Counted from the first letter of the stretch, positions 10,689 to 21,566 are shown. The stretch: 64,000 nucleotides of DNA from an archaeon GW2011_AR15 (GCA_000830295.1 CP010425.1:192001-256000); one strand, 5' to 3'. Numbers and translations: made by a program. Notes: a model not told the origin generated them from the sequence alone.

Positions 10689-10864
10689 TTTATCACCTCC
10701 CCATACCTTTTTGTAAGTTAAAAGCATAAGAATTCTTCAACCTGGTGAAAAACACCTGCGGCATAGCTATAATAGGGGTATCTACTTAATAAATCTTTTT
10801 GCTGGGCAGGATATGATTATCTCATCAGTAAAATTTATATACATTCCAAGTTATAGTTTTAGTC

Positions 10865-12991
10865 ATGGCATTATTTGGGCAGGAGGGGAGTTCTGATATA
10901 GGGTTCAGCAGGCAGATAGAGAGATTCAGGTCAGGCCTTAACAGCGCTGAAGACCTTGAGAAGGAATTTCACAGGCTGAGCAAGATAGTCAATTCTTTTC
11001 TTGCTGAGAAATACGGCGTGCATTACAAGTTTACATATGAAGACCTGAAATTTGAGCTCAGAGAAAAAGGATTCAGCGATGATATGTGGGCTAAAATTGG
11101 AGGGCTTTGCGACCTGATGGATAAGCTGGAATTCGAAAAGGATATGATAAGCAGGGAATCTCTTATGGATGCTGCTAAAAGGCTGGCCGGGCTGGTTATG
11201 TCAAAAGAGATTCCGGAAACAAAATTCAGTCCCGCTGATCTTCTTCCTGAGCCTCCACAGCTTGCTGAAGAAGTGCATAAGGCGCCCGCAATTGAAAAGG
11301 AAATGCCTGAACTCCCTAAATTTGAGCCGCCCCCGTTGAAGGAAAGGATAACAGGAGTAATAAAAAAACTGAAGAAAAACAGGAAAGAGCTGGATAAAGG
11401 CCTTGAAATGATAGAAAAGGAGAAAAAAATTGTTGGGCAAGAAAAGAAGCTTATAAAATCAGAATTAAAAGACCTGCCTGAATTCAAGCTTTTCAATAAG
11501 ACTCTTGAAGATGAAGTAAGAGAGCTTGAGACAAAAAAACAGATCCTGAAAAGGAAAGAGGAGTTTATCCTGAAGCATATTGAGGAGCTTACAGGGCTGC
11601 AGAAGCAGACTTCAGACCAAAGCAAACAGGTAAAGGAAGGGCATATATCATTGAACAAGAAAAAAGATTATGTTGAAACAAAAGAGAAGCTTATAGCAGG
11701 CATAAAAGAGGATCTTGAGGCAAAATACGCAGAGACTCTAGAGGAGATAGAGAAGATAAAGACAGAGCTGAAGGAGAAGAGAGCCAGTTTCACAAAGCTG
11801 CAAAAATTCTACAGAGAAAGAGAAAGCCGGCTTGCTATGGAGGAAGAGAACCTCCTGAATGAAAAGAGGAGATATGCCAAAACAATTTCCAGACTAATAA
11901 AAGAGCATCTTGAAATTGCGGCGGGAGACCTTCTCCTTACGCAGGCTAAGATAGAGGAGCTAAAGAAGAGATGCGATGAGGCTGATAGGAAAATCATGGA
12001 ATACAGTGACAAATACAGAAGCATGGCAAGAAGAAAAGCAGATCTTGAAGAGGCAACAGAAAAGAGGAAAAATTTTTTCATTTCTCTGGAAAAAGAAATG
12101 AGATCAAAAGATGCTGAATATGCTTCAATAAAAAAAGCAATTGATGACAGGAGAGACCAGCTGCTGAAACTTGAAAAGAAATTGAGCGTATTCGAGTCCG
12201 GGCTTGAGGAGCTGAAGAAAAGGTCAAAAAACAAGAAAGTGGAGCTTGATATGAGGGAGCTTGACCTTAAGGCGACAGAAAGCGAGATAGGAAGGATAAG
12301 GGCAGGAATACGGGCCAGCGAGCATTCTCTGGAAATCAAAGCAAGAGAGATGAAAAAGAGGAGTGACTCATTCGTGGAGATGGAAACAAAAATAAAGAAT
12401 GATATTGCGAGAGAGAAGCGAGCTGTTAGGAAAACGGAAGAGGAGCTTGAGAAACAGGGATATGCTGTTTCAAGAAAACTTAAAAAATTCGAGATAATGG
12501 AAAACTATTATGACAAGGCGGCCAAAGTCGCCCTCGAACGTCAAGATGACGCTCATGAAGAAGGCGGGAGGATAGAAAGGGAAATAAAAATCACCCACGA
12601 ATTCCCGAAAAGAGAGCTCGGAAGCCCTGATGTGCTGGATATACTTGAATCCCTAAAAAGGGCAAAATCACTTATCAGGAAAAACAGCATGGAAGAAGCC
12701 AGGGAGATCTATGTTGAGATACAGAAACTTTTTGACAGGCTGGATTACAGGGACAGAGACGAGCTGTACAGGAAAATGATACAGGTCTTCAATTCAACCT
12801 CTCCGCAGGATTTAAGCAGCGAGGATATAGATACCCTCATAGAAGAATTCAGGGATTCTGTCAGCAGAGGCGACATGAGGACAACTGCAGACATTTATCC
12901 CAAGATACAGTATAAGTATGCATCCCTGCCCCAGGAAGAGAAGGGAAAGTACTACAGCCAGATAATGGAGCTCCAGCAAAAAATCGCCTGA
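10865..12991 (+). CDS. Long coiled-coil protein
   Basis: 708 aa, E/K-rich heptads, Pro-rich linker, repeated helical C-terminal unit; no Walker motif. Confidence 0.75.
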   Translation: MALFGQEGSSDIGFSRQIERFRSGLNSAEDLEKEFHRLSKIVNSFLAEKYGVHYKFTYEDLKFELREKGFSDDMWAKIGGLCDLMDKLEFEKDMISRESLMDAAKRLAGLVMSKEIPETKFSPADLLPEPPQLAEEVHKAPAIEKEMPELPKFEPPPLKERITGVIKKLKKNRKELDKGLEMIEKEKKIVGQEKKLIKSELKDLPEFKLFNKTLEDEVRELETKKQILKRKEEFILKHIEELTGLQKQTSDQSKQVKEGHISLNKKKDYVETKEKLIAGIKEDLEAKYAETLEEIEKIKTELKEKRASFTKLQKFYRERESRLAMEEENLLNEKRRYAKTISRLIKEHLEIAAGDLLLTQAKIEELKKRCDEADRKIMEYSDKYRSMARRKADLEEATEKRKNFFISLEKEMRSKDAEYASIKKAIDDRRDQLLKLEKKLSVFESGLEELKKRSKNKKVELDMRELDLKATESEIGRIRAGIRASEHSLEIKAREMKKRSDSFVEMETKIKNDIAREKRAVRKTEEELEKQGYAVSRKLKKFEIMENYYDKAAKVALERQDDAHEEGGRIEREIKITHEFPKRELGSPDVLDILESLKRAKSLIRKNSMEEAREIYVEIQKLFDRLDYRDRDELYRKMIQVFNSTSPQDLSSEDIDTLIEEFRDSVSRGDMRTTADIYPKIQYKYASLPQEEKGKYYSQIMELQQKIA

Positions 12992-13060
12992 TTCTATTAT
13001 AAAAGCAATAAGCATTTAAATAAGTATTTACTCTTGAGTGGCACCAATTGAGGTGGTTAC

Positions 13061-13900
13061 ATGCCAATAACACTTTATTTACCAACCGCAGCCCATAATT
13101 ATAGCATGAGGACTGAAGTAGATAGCCCAAGCGAATACGGGAGTGGACAAAAACTAATAATCGGGGCTGCAAGATTTGAGGAAGTAGAGCCTGAATACAG
13201 GGTAAAGGCAGATTTGAAGAAGTTCAAGCCTGATACAAGCGGGATTGAAGAATTGGCTACTAGGCTGGCAGCAAAAGCTAAGCCGTATGCAGAAGTTGCA
13301 GGATCTGCTCTGTCTGAGGCATATGGAGGCCTAAAAGAAGCAGCCGGGCATGCTGCATCAGAAATCAGAGGTAAGCTGGCATCAAGGAAACCTGAAAATG
13401 AGGATTTGTCTATGCTTGGAGAGCTTGCCAGCGTTGTCGGCAGAAGGACTTACAAAGGGGCTTCTGCAGGATTAAAATCACTTGGAGCAAAAATATCAGC
13501 CGGAGCCAAAACTCTCGCTGCCAAGGTTAATGAAGAAGTACTGCCTAAGGCTGCTGATGTTCTGAACAAAGAAGTAATACCCTATGCTCACGTCCTGTCA
13601 CAGGATGCTCTTGAAGCTGCAGGACATTTCCTTCAGCAGAATAAAGATTCACTGCCTGATCCTGTAAAGAGGATGGGCATTGTCAAAGAAGTTCTTGCAG
13701 GACTTGACGGAAGCGTAAGGCTGGTGCTTGAGCTTGGACCAGAAAGCGGGACAAGGCAGGTATACCGAGTTCCGGGACCGGATTACAGGGCTTTTTTCAG
13801 TGACATGAAAATAAAGGATCTAGAGGAGCTTACAGGCCTGCCTGTCAGAGGATACATGAAAAAAAGCAGCCTGAATGCAATATCCGCTTATCAGGAATAA
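13061..13900 (+). CDS. Hypothetical protein with Ala-rich amphipathic helices
   Basis: 279-aa ORF, GAGGTG SD. Confidence 0.7.
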   Translation: MPITLYLPTAAHNYSMRTEVDSPSEYGSGQKLIIGAARFEEVEPEYRVKADLKKFKPDTSGIEELATRLAAKAKPYAEVAGSALSEAYGGLKEAAGHAASEIRGKLASRKPENEDLSMLGELASVVGRRTYKGASAGLKSLGAKISAGAKTLAAKVNEEVLPKAADVLNKEVIPYAHVLSQDALEAAGHFLQQNKDSLPDPVKRMGIVKEVLAGLDGSVRLVLELGPESGTRQVYRVPGPDYRAFFSDMKIKDLEELTGLPVRGYMKKSSLNAISAYQE

Positions 13901-13931
13901 ATTTATTATTTTATTAATCTTTCAAATCAAT

Positions 13932-14045
13932 ATGGTAGAGCAAAGAGCAGACTGGATATTCTGGATATTGCTTTTCATATCAGTAGCAATGGTATTTTTC
14001 CTCATGGCTGCTCCGCCTGAGATAAGGGCTGCACTGCTGCAATAA
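13932..14045 (+). CDS. Putative 37-aa single-TM small protein
   Basis: Manual: MVEQRADWIFWILLFISVAMVFFLMAAPPEIRAALLQ*, fills intergenic gap, AT-rich TATA-like stretch upstream. Confidence 0.55.
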   Translation: MVEQRADWIFWILLFISVAMVFFLMAAPPEIRAALLQ

Positions 14046-14076
14046 ATTTAAAAAGATATGATTTCTTTTTACCTGT

Positions 14077-14325
14077 ATGGCACTAAATATCCTGCAGATA
14101 TTCGGAAGGATGCTCGGTCATATCCTAAGAAGAGGAAAGGGGATATTTAAGGCACTTTTCGTAATAGACAGCTTTTTCAGGGTATTTACAATGACAATCA
14201 TCATCCCGCTGTTTTTTAGCCTTATGCGTTTCAACATTATAATCGTCTATCTTGGTCTCCTGCTCGGGATAATAATAGATGTGCATGACTTCATTGCAGA
14301 TGCAGGATTCGCAGAGTTCCTGTGA
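14077..14325 (+). CDS. Small membrane protein
   Basis: 82 aa, two hydrophobic segments. Confidence 0.6.
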   Translation: MALNILQIFGRMLGHILRRGKGIFKALFVIDSFFRVFTMTIIIPLFFSLMRFNIIIVYLGLLLGIIIDVHDFIADAGFAEFL

Positions 14326-14365
14326 ATAGTAATGTTTTTATTTTAATTGATTTTATGATAAATGC

Positions 14366-14635
14366 ATGACAAATGACCTAATAGCTGAAACTGTAGTGCT
14401 GACAAAGAGAGAACTGGCAAAAACAAATATGGGTCTGGGTTCTGCATTGAATTATCTTAAAAGGCTCGTTAGACGAAGATTTCTTGATCCAAGAGACGAA
14501 AGACTCGCCAGGGAGCTTGAATCTGTGTATTTCCTGCTGAAAAATAACAGGGACGGCACAACTGCATTTAATGAAGGGCTCAGGAGATTCAATATTGTCT
14601 GGGAAGAGCTAAAGAAAACCAGGAGAGTGCATTAA
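14366..14635 (+). CDS. Hypothetical protein
   Basis: 89-aa ORF in otherwise empty slot. Confidence 0.55.
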   Translation: MTNDLIAETVVLTKRELAKTNMGLGSALNYLKRLVRRRFLDPRDERLARELESVYFLLKNNRDGTTAFNEGLRRFNIVWEELKKTRRVH

Positions 14636-16218
14636 ATTTCTTTCAGAAGCCTGAGAGCCATTTCCACCTCTTCAGGTGCCGGAAATCTTAATTTTAATAT
14701 GAACTCCTCTTTTATGTTTCCAAGCTTTTTCAGCTCACTTTCATTTTGAAGGGGCTCATACTCTTTTATTTCTGAAATCAGTTTATCATATCCTTCAGGA
14801 GGCTCCGGGATATGCTTCTTCAGCCTTTGCCTTAATTTTTCCTTTATTGAAAGAAAACAGTAAACAATTGTATTGCCTGCGTTCATTTTTGCAAGGTCTG
14901 CCAGTTTGTCAAATCCTGCAGAGGCTTCATATCCTGCTTCCCCATTTTCTGCAGCTGCTTCTTCATGGCTTTTATAGCTCGAAAATATAGAGCCTTCATC
15001 TGTTTCCGGCTTTGGCTGCTCCTCAGGAATTTTAATTTCCTCGATTTCCGGAGTGTTTTCTTCTTCATTTTCAAGCTCGGTTATGTCCGTTACATCTATC
15101 TCATCTGGGCTTTTTTCTTCGGTTTCGGGCCCTGTTTCTGTTTCTTCCTTATCATACTGCTCAATCTGCTCAAGCGCCTGCAGGTCCTCTTCAAGGCTGG
15201 GCTCTGATATATCTATTATGTCCGGCATCTTTTCCTGTTCTTCATCATAAACTTCAAGCTCTACTGCCTCCTGCTCCTCTATTTTTCTGTCCTTTGTCTT
15301 CATGACATAGAGTGCCTCTTTTTTTTGTGCCCATTCTATACGCTGCTGCCTGCCAAATGAATTAACCACTTTCTTCAGCAGCCGTGCAATTTCCGTTATT
15401 TCATACTCAGAGAGAACCTGTCTGGTTGACCTCTCTCCAAGCTTATGTCTTATTGTCTCGTCGGTATCAATGTCCTTTACATACTCATACTGCTTATCAG
15501 CAACATCAATGCTCCTTACAGAAAGTGTCCTGTCATCAACTATATATGCATCCGGATAGACGCTGCCATATTCAAAGTCCTGCCCAAGCCCAAAGCAGGC
15601 ATTTACAACAATATTTTCACCGGCATAGTAGGCTATACCTGACTTATCAGCATTAACCATCTTCTGAACCACAAGAGCAATGGAGAACTCTTCTTTTGTT
15701 TTGTTCTCCCTGAAATTTTTTACATACTGAATAAGCTTGTCAGCACATGTTTCGAGAATTGCGCTGAACAGTCTTTCTTTTCCCTTTATGTTAAGTATGG
15801 TTTTCTGGACCAGCCTCAGTTTCTCAGGTTCGTTTCCTATAAAGCTGTGCCTTATCCCGACAAAAACCTCTTCTGATTCAAGCATAGATGTTACGCTCAT
15901 ATTGAGGTCTACAGACAGGCTAAGGTAGGCTTCGACAAGCTCTTCAGAGAAATCCTCGTTAAACCTGTATCTCCTGATTAAATCTTTTACCTCCTCGATT
16001 CTCTCCCTGAACTCTTCCTCAGGGCACTTGAAAAGGCTGCTGACTGGCCCTTTAATCTGTTTATGCCTTATTATCTCATCAAAAACCTCTCTGGAGATGA
16101 TGAATCCCGGAGGAACCCTAAACCCTTTTTTGAAGAGAAGTGCAAGGTTAAGAGCTTTCTTCCCTATATATGGAAAATCCTGCTCTCCTGACTCACTGAA
16201 AAAAAGGATATATTTCAT
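14632..16218 (-). CDS. Degenerate PEP synthase N-terminal (nucleotide-binding) domain protein with acidic linker
   Basis: IGKKALNLA..GFRVPPGF, VQKMVNADKSG, ACFGLG; lacks phospho-His and pyruvate domains. Confidence 0.8.
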   Translation of the reverse strand: MKYILFFSESGEQDFPYIGKKALNLALLFKKGFRVPPGFIISREVFDEIIRHKQIKGPVSSLFKCPEEEFRERIEEVKDLIRRYRFNEDFSEELVEAYLSLSVDLNMSVTSMLESEEVFVGIRHSFIGNEPEKLRLVQKTILNIKGKERLFSAILETCADKLIQYVKNFRENKTKEEFSIALVVQKMVNADKSGIAYYAGENIVVNACFGLGQDFEYGSVYPDAYIVDDRTLSVRSIDVADKQYEYVKDIDTDETIRHKLGERSTRQVLSEYEITEIARLLKKVVNSFGRQQRIEWAQKKEALYVMKTKDRKIEEQEAVELEVYDEEQEKMPDIIDISEPSLEEDLQALEQIEQYDKEETETGPETEEKSPDEIDVTDITELENEEENTPEIEEIKIPEEQPKPETDEGSIFSSYKSHEEAAAENGEAGYEASAGFDKLADLAKMNAGNTIVYCFLSIKEKLRQRLKKHIPEPPEGYDKLISEIKEYEPLQNESELKKLGNIKEEFILKLRFPAPEEVEMALRLLKEI

Positions 16219-16320
16219 AACGGTAAAGTGCCATGCAGCATATTTAAACATTTTGGAAATTTTTAGACAGATTTAAATTAAACAAAGTATTTTATAATAA
16301 AAACTGCGCAGGGGAGCATA

Positions 16321-16890
16321 GTGTTGCACAGCATAAAGATAGACGATATCGTCACAATAATAACCCGGCTTGGCAAAGATGGGGAGGAGCTTGTTGATAT
16401 GCTGAGGAATGAAATATCCCTTGGGAATTACAGGCCCACACAATTCCAGATTGACGATATAACCGATGACCTTGCATCTGTCAACCTGAATCTTTACAGT
16501 TTTATGAAATCACTCATGGGCGGCAATAAAGGGATTATTGATTCTTATCTTAAACATAATGTAAGGCTTAAGCCTTTCAATGAATCCCGGTATTTCGCAG
16601 ACCTGGCGGGCAGGGAAAAAATATTGTTTCTGCCAGGTGTCCAGGAGCTCTTTGAGGATGAAGGATATCTTCTTGAGGAAACTGTGCCCGATTACCGGGC
16701 TATTGCGCAGAAAGTGGCTGAGCTGGAAGATGATGGCCTGTTGAAAGTTTATAATGTCAACTCTAAAGGAATAAAGCTCGTTGTAGCTTTGGAAAAAAGC
16801 ATTGCCGATTACCCATGCATCTCCCCAGATAAGATGGAAAAGATAACAAAGAGGGATCTGTACGGCCAGCCAATAGGTTTTACACTATAG
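16321..16890 (+). CDS. Hypothetical protein
   Basis: 189-aa ORF, GTG start after GGGGAG. Confidence 0.6.
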   Translation: MLHSIKIDDIVTIITRLGKDGEELVDMLRNEISLGNYRPTQFQIDDITDDLASVNLNLYSFMKSLMGGNKGIIDSYLKHNVRLKPFNESRYFADLAGREKILFLPGVQELFEDEGYLLEETVPDYRAIAQKVAELEDDGLLKVYNVNSKGIKLVVALEKSIADYPCISPDKMEKITKRDLYGQPIGFTL

Positions 16891-16903
16891 ACTCTGGCAT
16901 AGA

Positions 16904-18295
16904 TTATAACTTTTTCACAACGCTGCCGCTGTCAGTATCATCAATAGAATAGCCTTTTTTCTTTATCTTACCACGGAGTTCATCTGCCAGCTTCCATTCC
17001 TTATTCTTCCTTGCCCCTTCTCTTTTTTTTACCAGCCCTGTTATCTCTTCAGGAATTTTTTCTTCCTCAAAGTCCAGAATCCCAAGAATTGTATCAAATG
17101 CCCTCATCTGTTTTATGCAGCCCATGGCCTCTTTTTTGGAAAGTTTGTTCTCTGCCATAAGCTTATTTGCTAAGTTCATGAATTCAAACACTGCAGCCTC
17201 TGCTTCTGAAATATTCAGGTCATCATCCATTGCATCTTCAAATTCTTTTTTTGCTCTGGAAATGATGTCGTCTGCGCTGCCGCCTTTTCCGTCTGCCAGC
17301 TCGAGTTTTCTCATAAATTCTTTAAACTTGTTTATTATGTTTTCTGCAGAATCAAGGGATCGGAATGTAAAATTCAGCTGCTTCCTGTAGTGCGTGCTCA
17401 TAAGAAGATATCTTATTGCTTTTGGAGAATATCCTTTTCCGAGTATATCTTTTAGGATGTAAAAATTGCCCTTGCTCTTTGACATTTTTTCGTTGTCAAC
17501 AAGAAGGTGCTCGCAGTGCAGCCAGTAGTTCACGAATTTCTTTTCAAAACAACCTTCACTCTGTGCAATCTCATTCTCATGATGGGGGAAGATAAGGTCA
17601 ATTCCTCCTGTGTGGATATCAAAGGTCTCTCCCAAGAATTTTGTGCTCATTGCGCTGCACTCTATGTGCCAACCAGGCCTTCCTTTTCCAAGCTCTGACT
17701 CCCAGAAAACGTTTCCGTCCGACTTTTCATATGCCTTCCAGAGCGCAAAATCATTTGCGGATTCTTTTTCATACTCGTCCTGCTTTACCCTTGCTCCTGC
17801 CTTCAGGTCCTTGAATTTAATCTTTGAAAGCTTGCCGTAATCCTTGAATTTTGAGACGGAATAATAAATCGAGCCGTCCTCGCTCCTGTAGGCCATGCCG
17901 TTGTCAAGCAATTTCTTTGTTATCTCAATCATCTCTTTGACTGACTCTGTTGCTTTTGGGTATTTTTCAACACGCTCTATGTTGAGAGTGTCCATGTCAC
18001 GGAAAAAATAGTCTGTGTATTTTTCTGTGAACTCCTTCAATGGAATACCTTCTTTCCGGCTGTCCCTTATTGTCTTGTCATCCACATCTGTAAGGTTCAT
18101 GACATGCATAACTCTGTATCCTTTGTACTTCAGGTATCGCCTTAATATATCAGAGAAAATAAATGCGCGCCAGTTCCCTATATGTGCGTAATTATAGACT
18201 GTCGGGCCGCAGCTGTATATTTTTACTGTGCCCTTCTTCAGTTCCCTAAAAGGCTCTTTTTTCCTTGTAAGCGTGTTGTAAAACTGCACTACCAT
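16904..18295 (-). CDS. cysS: Cysteine--tRNA ligase
   Basis: [30 protein letters not shown]. Confidence 0.98.
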   Translation of the reverse strand: MVVQFYNTLTRKKEPFRELKKGTVKIYSCGPTVYNYAHIGNWRAFIFSDILRRYLKYKGYRVMHVMNLTDVDDKTIRDSRKEGIPLKEFTEKYTDYFFRDMDTLNIERVEKYPKATESVKEMIEITKKLLDNGMAYRSEDGSIYYSVSKFKDYGKLSKIKFKDLKAGARVKQDEYEKESANDFALWKAYEKSDGNVFWESELGKGRPGWHIECSAMSTKFLGETFDIHTGGIDLIFPHHENEIAQSEGCFEKKFVNYWLHCEHLLVDNEKMSKSKGNFYILKDILGKGYSPKAIRYLLMSTHYRKQLNFTFRSLDSAENIINKFKEFMRKLELADGKGGSADDIISRAKKEFEDAMDDDLNISEAEAAVFEFMNLANKLMAENKLSKKEAMGCIKQMRAFDTILGILDFEEEKIPEEITGLVKKREGARKNKEWKLADELRGKIKKKGYSIDDTDSGSVVKKL

Positions 18296-18374
18296 CTCGG
18301 AGAGTAAAACATTCTCATTATTTATATTTATTCGTATAAAGCTTTAAATATTGGCAGTTTCTACAGTGTGGGGA

Positions 18375-18968
18375 ATGAAACTGCTGTTTTTTTCAGACGT
18401 TCACGGGGACATGAAAGCACTGGATAGCCTGAAGGCTAAATCTGGTCAGGCAGACAATGTCATATGCGCCGGGGATTTTACTGTTATGGAAAATAATATC
18501 CAAAAGATTATGAAGCAGATAAACAGCTTCAGGAGCCCTGTCCTGATGATACACGGCAACCATGAGAGCGAAGAGATGCTGAAGGAGCTTTGCGAAAAGC
18601 ATGACAATATAACCTTCCTCCATAAAGCTGTCCATCATGTCGGCGATTATGTTTTCATGGGATACGGAGGAGACGGATTTTCGACAAAAGACAGGTATTT
18701 CGAGGATGTTGCAGCGGAATTTTTCAGGCCGCAGGCTATCGGGAAGAGAAGGATCATCCTGGTTACCCATGGCCCTCCCCACGGAACAGAGATTGACAAG
18801 GTAAACGGAGAATACAGGGGAAACAAGTCATACAGAAAATTTATTGACGATATAAAGCCCCACCTCGTCATATCAGGGCACCTGCATGAGAACGCCGGAA
18901 AAAGCCACAAGATAGGCAGGACCCTTTTCATAAACCCGGGGAAAAGCGGGGTTTTTGTGGATATATAA
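18375..18968 (+). CDS. Calcineurin-like metallophosphoesterase (Icc-related)
   Basis: SDVHG, AGD, GNHE, VTHGPP, GHLHE. Confidence 0.92.
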   Translation: MKLLFFSDVHGDMKALDSLKAKSGQADNVICAGDFTVMENNIQKIMKQINSFRSPVLMIHGNHESEEMLKELCEKHDNITFLHKAVHHVGDYVFMGYGGDGFSTKDRYFEDVAAEFFRPQAIGKRRIILVTHGPPHGTEIDKVNGEYRGNKSYRKFIDDIKPHLVISGHLHENAGKSHKIGRTLFINPGKSGVFVDI

Positions 18969-19033
18969 CCCTTCCAGTTTCTTTTTGGAGATATTAAATT
19001 TAAATATAAGTTATTTTTTTCTGTATAAGCAAC

Positions 19034-20236
19034 ATGGTGGTTAATGTTGTAGCATCAATGTCTCCTTCTACGGATATCTGTGCTGCATCTGCAAGCGGGA
19101 TATATATCTATGATAGGCCGGAACTGAAAGGGAGAAGATATATTGATTTCTCCGCATCCACAAATAACCTTGTCCTGGGGCACAACCATCCTAATATAAC
19201 GCAGGCCATTATAGAGCATCTTTCGAGCGGCAGGCCTCTGCATGCCTCCTCAAGGTATCTTATGCCAACTCTTGATGACTACCTGTCTGCTCTCGGGAAG
19301 GCGCTGCCGGAAGAGCTAAGCTATGTAAACTACAAACTCTCAGACGGAAGCGACTCTGTTGAAGAGACAATAAAATCAGCTGTAACTTACCAAAGGATGA
19401 ACAAATCAGGGAAGAGCACAAAAGTAATCGTATTCAACAGCGCGCACCATGGGGAGACTATCGGAACTATTGCAGCCTCAAAGAAGCATATTGACAGGGA
19501 GCCATGGCATACTCCTCTCCAGTCTATGTTTGTATATGTCCCTGATTTTTATGATTTGGACAAATTAGAGGCTCTTCTTGAAAAAGAAACCACTGCAGCG
19601 ATACTGCTGGAGCCCATACTTGTAAATGGCGGCGTTATCATGCCTCCTGAGGGATATCTTGAAAAGCTGAAAGAAAAATGTGAACTGCATAGAGTTACGC
19701 TGATATATGATGAGGCCCAGACAGGGTTCGGATGGCTGGGCAAATACACTGCCGCGGAATATTTCTCTGTCGTGCCTGACCTTGCTGCATTCGGGAAGGG
19801 GCTTGGAAACGGCATGACTATAGCCTTGGCAGCATTAAAGCCCGAATATGATGTACTTGACTATAACCAGACGGGATTTACTGACGGCGGAACCCCGATA
19901 AATATGGCAGCTGCAACTGCAGTAATAAATACGCTGCCGGAATACATGGGCGGAGTGGAGAAAAAGAGTGCTGCTCTTCTCCAGAGATTAGACGAGATTA
20001 CTTCCCGTGATGCTCATGTAAAAAAAGTCAGGGGTGCGGGGCTCATTGCCGGCGTTGAGTTCGTATCAAAGGAGTTGGCTGGAGAAATATATAGTGCATG
20101 CATACAAAAAGGGCTTATTTTAAGAAAATCCGGTCCAGGCAACACACTGATATTCAAGATACCTATAATAGTAACTGAAGACCAGCTGCTGGACGGGCTT
20201 GAGAGATTTGAGCATGCCCTAGATGAAAAACAGTAA
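19034..20236 (+). CDS. Class III PLP-dependent aminotransferase-family enzyme
   Basis: YIDF...LGHNHP, HHGET, LIYDEAQTGFG, FGKGLGNG (PLP Lys), RGAGL. Confidence 0.92.
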   Translation: MVVNVVASMSPSTDICAASASGIYIYDRPELKGRRYIDFSASTNNLVLGHNHPNITQAIIEHLSSGRPLHASSRYLMPTLDDYLSALGKALPEELSYVNYKLSDGSDSVEETIKSAVTYQRMNKSGKSTKVIVFNSAHHGETIGTIAASKKHIDREPWHTPLQSMFVYVPDFYDLDKLEALLEKETTAAILLEPILVNGGVIMPPEGYLEKLKEKCELHRVTLIYDEAQTGFGWLGKYTAAEYFSVVPDLAAFGKGLGNGMTIALAALKPEYDVLDYNQTGFTDGGTPINMAAATAVINTLPEYMGGVEKKSAALLQRLDEITSRDAHVKKVRGAGLIAGVEFVSKELAGEIYSACIQKGLILRKSGPGNTLIFKIPIIVTEDQLLDGLERFEHALDEKQ

Positions 20237-21008
20237 TGAATATGGAGAGCTGCTGGAGCCTTATTTTAAAGAGGGTTCCCTGCCGCCTGATGTCAAAATA
20301 TTCAGAACAAAGACCGGCGGTCTAAATAACAATCTGTTCCTGAAATCTGAAAATGATCCGGAGATTTATGTCTTGAGAACCCCGCTCGAAACTGCATTGA
20401 GGAAGGAAACAGAAGATCATATCTTTCAGGAATACACCTCAATAGGCTTAAAGAATGGCGGGTGGAGATTCAGGAAGATTCCTGAACAGGCCGAAGATAT
20501 AGGCTGCTGGATTTCTCTTGGGTTCCCTGTTGTATTGCCGATATCGCATACTGAATCATCAATGCTGTATCCCCTTCTCTCAGCTCCAACATACAAAGAT
20601 TCTCTGATGGCAGGAGACCTCTCCGCGAACTCTGCCCTGCTGGATAATTATTTTTCTGTTATTATGGATGCACACAAAAAGAATGTTGTTTTTGGCGACA
20701 GGTGGGGACCGAATGAGTTTGTTTCTGATAAAGGGATTCTGCTCCATGATTTTGATACAAAGCTTCTCTCAGAGGACAGGAAGGACTTTGAGCTGTCGCA
20801 AATCATATACTACTCTGTCCACAACGCTGTATCATGCCGCGGGGAGGTTGTCCAGTTCATAAAAAAGCTGCTGGATGATAGAAAGGCTTCTCAAGAATAT
20901 AACCTGGATATTGTAAGCCAGTTCCTTGCAGGCCATATCAGCTTTTTCAGGGGCATGCCCGACGGCGGAATAGAAGAGGAGATAAGCTCTTTAATAGATT
21001 CTCTTTAG
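20223..21008 (+). CDS. APH/choline kinase-like phosphotransferase
   Basis: GGLNN G-loop, YVLR, FGDRWGPN catalytic-loop-like motif, HDFD; overlaps upstream gene. Confidence 0.6.
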   Translation: MKNSNEYGELLEPYFKEGSLPPDVKIFRTKTGGLNNNLFLKSENDPEIYVLRTPLETALRKETEDHIFQEYTSIGLKNGGWRFRKIPEQAEDIGCWISLGFPVVLPISHTESSMLYPLLSAPTYKDSLMAGDLSANSALLDNYFSVIMDAHKKNVVFGDRWGPNEFVSDKGILLHDFDTKLLSEDRKDFELSQIIYYSVHNAVSCRGEVVQFIKKLLDDRKASQEYNLDIVSQFLAGHISFFRGMPDGGIEEEISSLIDSL

Positions 21009-21107
21009 GATAATAATCTAAATTCTGCCCCTATTCTATTGCCTAATCCCAGATGATATTTCAGAAAAATATTGGAAAAGTAACTCAGTTCTGAAAGCGC
21101 TGATGCA

Positions 21108-21467
21108 TTACTGCTGATAATGATTACCTTGCTGCTCCTTGGCTACCGCAGTAAGAAATTCTATCTTGGTTTTATCCCCGTCAATGGCCGTGAGCCTGTG
21201 ATAGGCAACTATCTCCTCAATAGGCATTTTTAATGGGTTTTTGATGCCAGATAAATCAAACATATCCGTGGTGCTTCTGGACACTTCACTAAAATAAAGC
21301 AGGTTGTACCCCTGCAGTGTTTCTTCAAGCCCCACGACAGCATGCCACCTGTGAACCCATCTGCCTTCCTCCTCTGTAACAACCTCTGCCAGCTCAAAAT
21401 TTGTGAATCCTGGTTCCATAGAATGCTCTTTATAGTGCGGCAGATGCTTGAGATAAGTATAATCCAT
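21108..21467 (-). CDS. Hypothetical protein
   Basis: 119-aa ORF with TATA box upstream. Confidence 0.55.
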   Translation of the reverse strand: MDYTYLKHLPHYKEHSMEPGFTNFELAEVVTEEEGRWVHRWHAVVGLEETLQGYNLLYFSEVSRSTTDMFDLSGIKNPLKMPIEEIVAYHRLTAIDGDKTKIEFLTAVAKEQQGNHYQQ

Positions 21468-21566
21468 CTTATGTGCTGGAAGAGTGAAGTTATATTTAAA
21501 TTTAGGCTGCTGCTATTTGTTTCTTGCCTAGTTAATTTCTTATATAAGCTGTGCTTAGATTCTCCT

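Noticed and set aside
10865-12991. SMC/Rad50 call for the coiled-coil protein
   Set aside because: No Walker A/B, signature motif or zinc hook.
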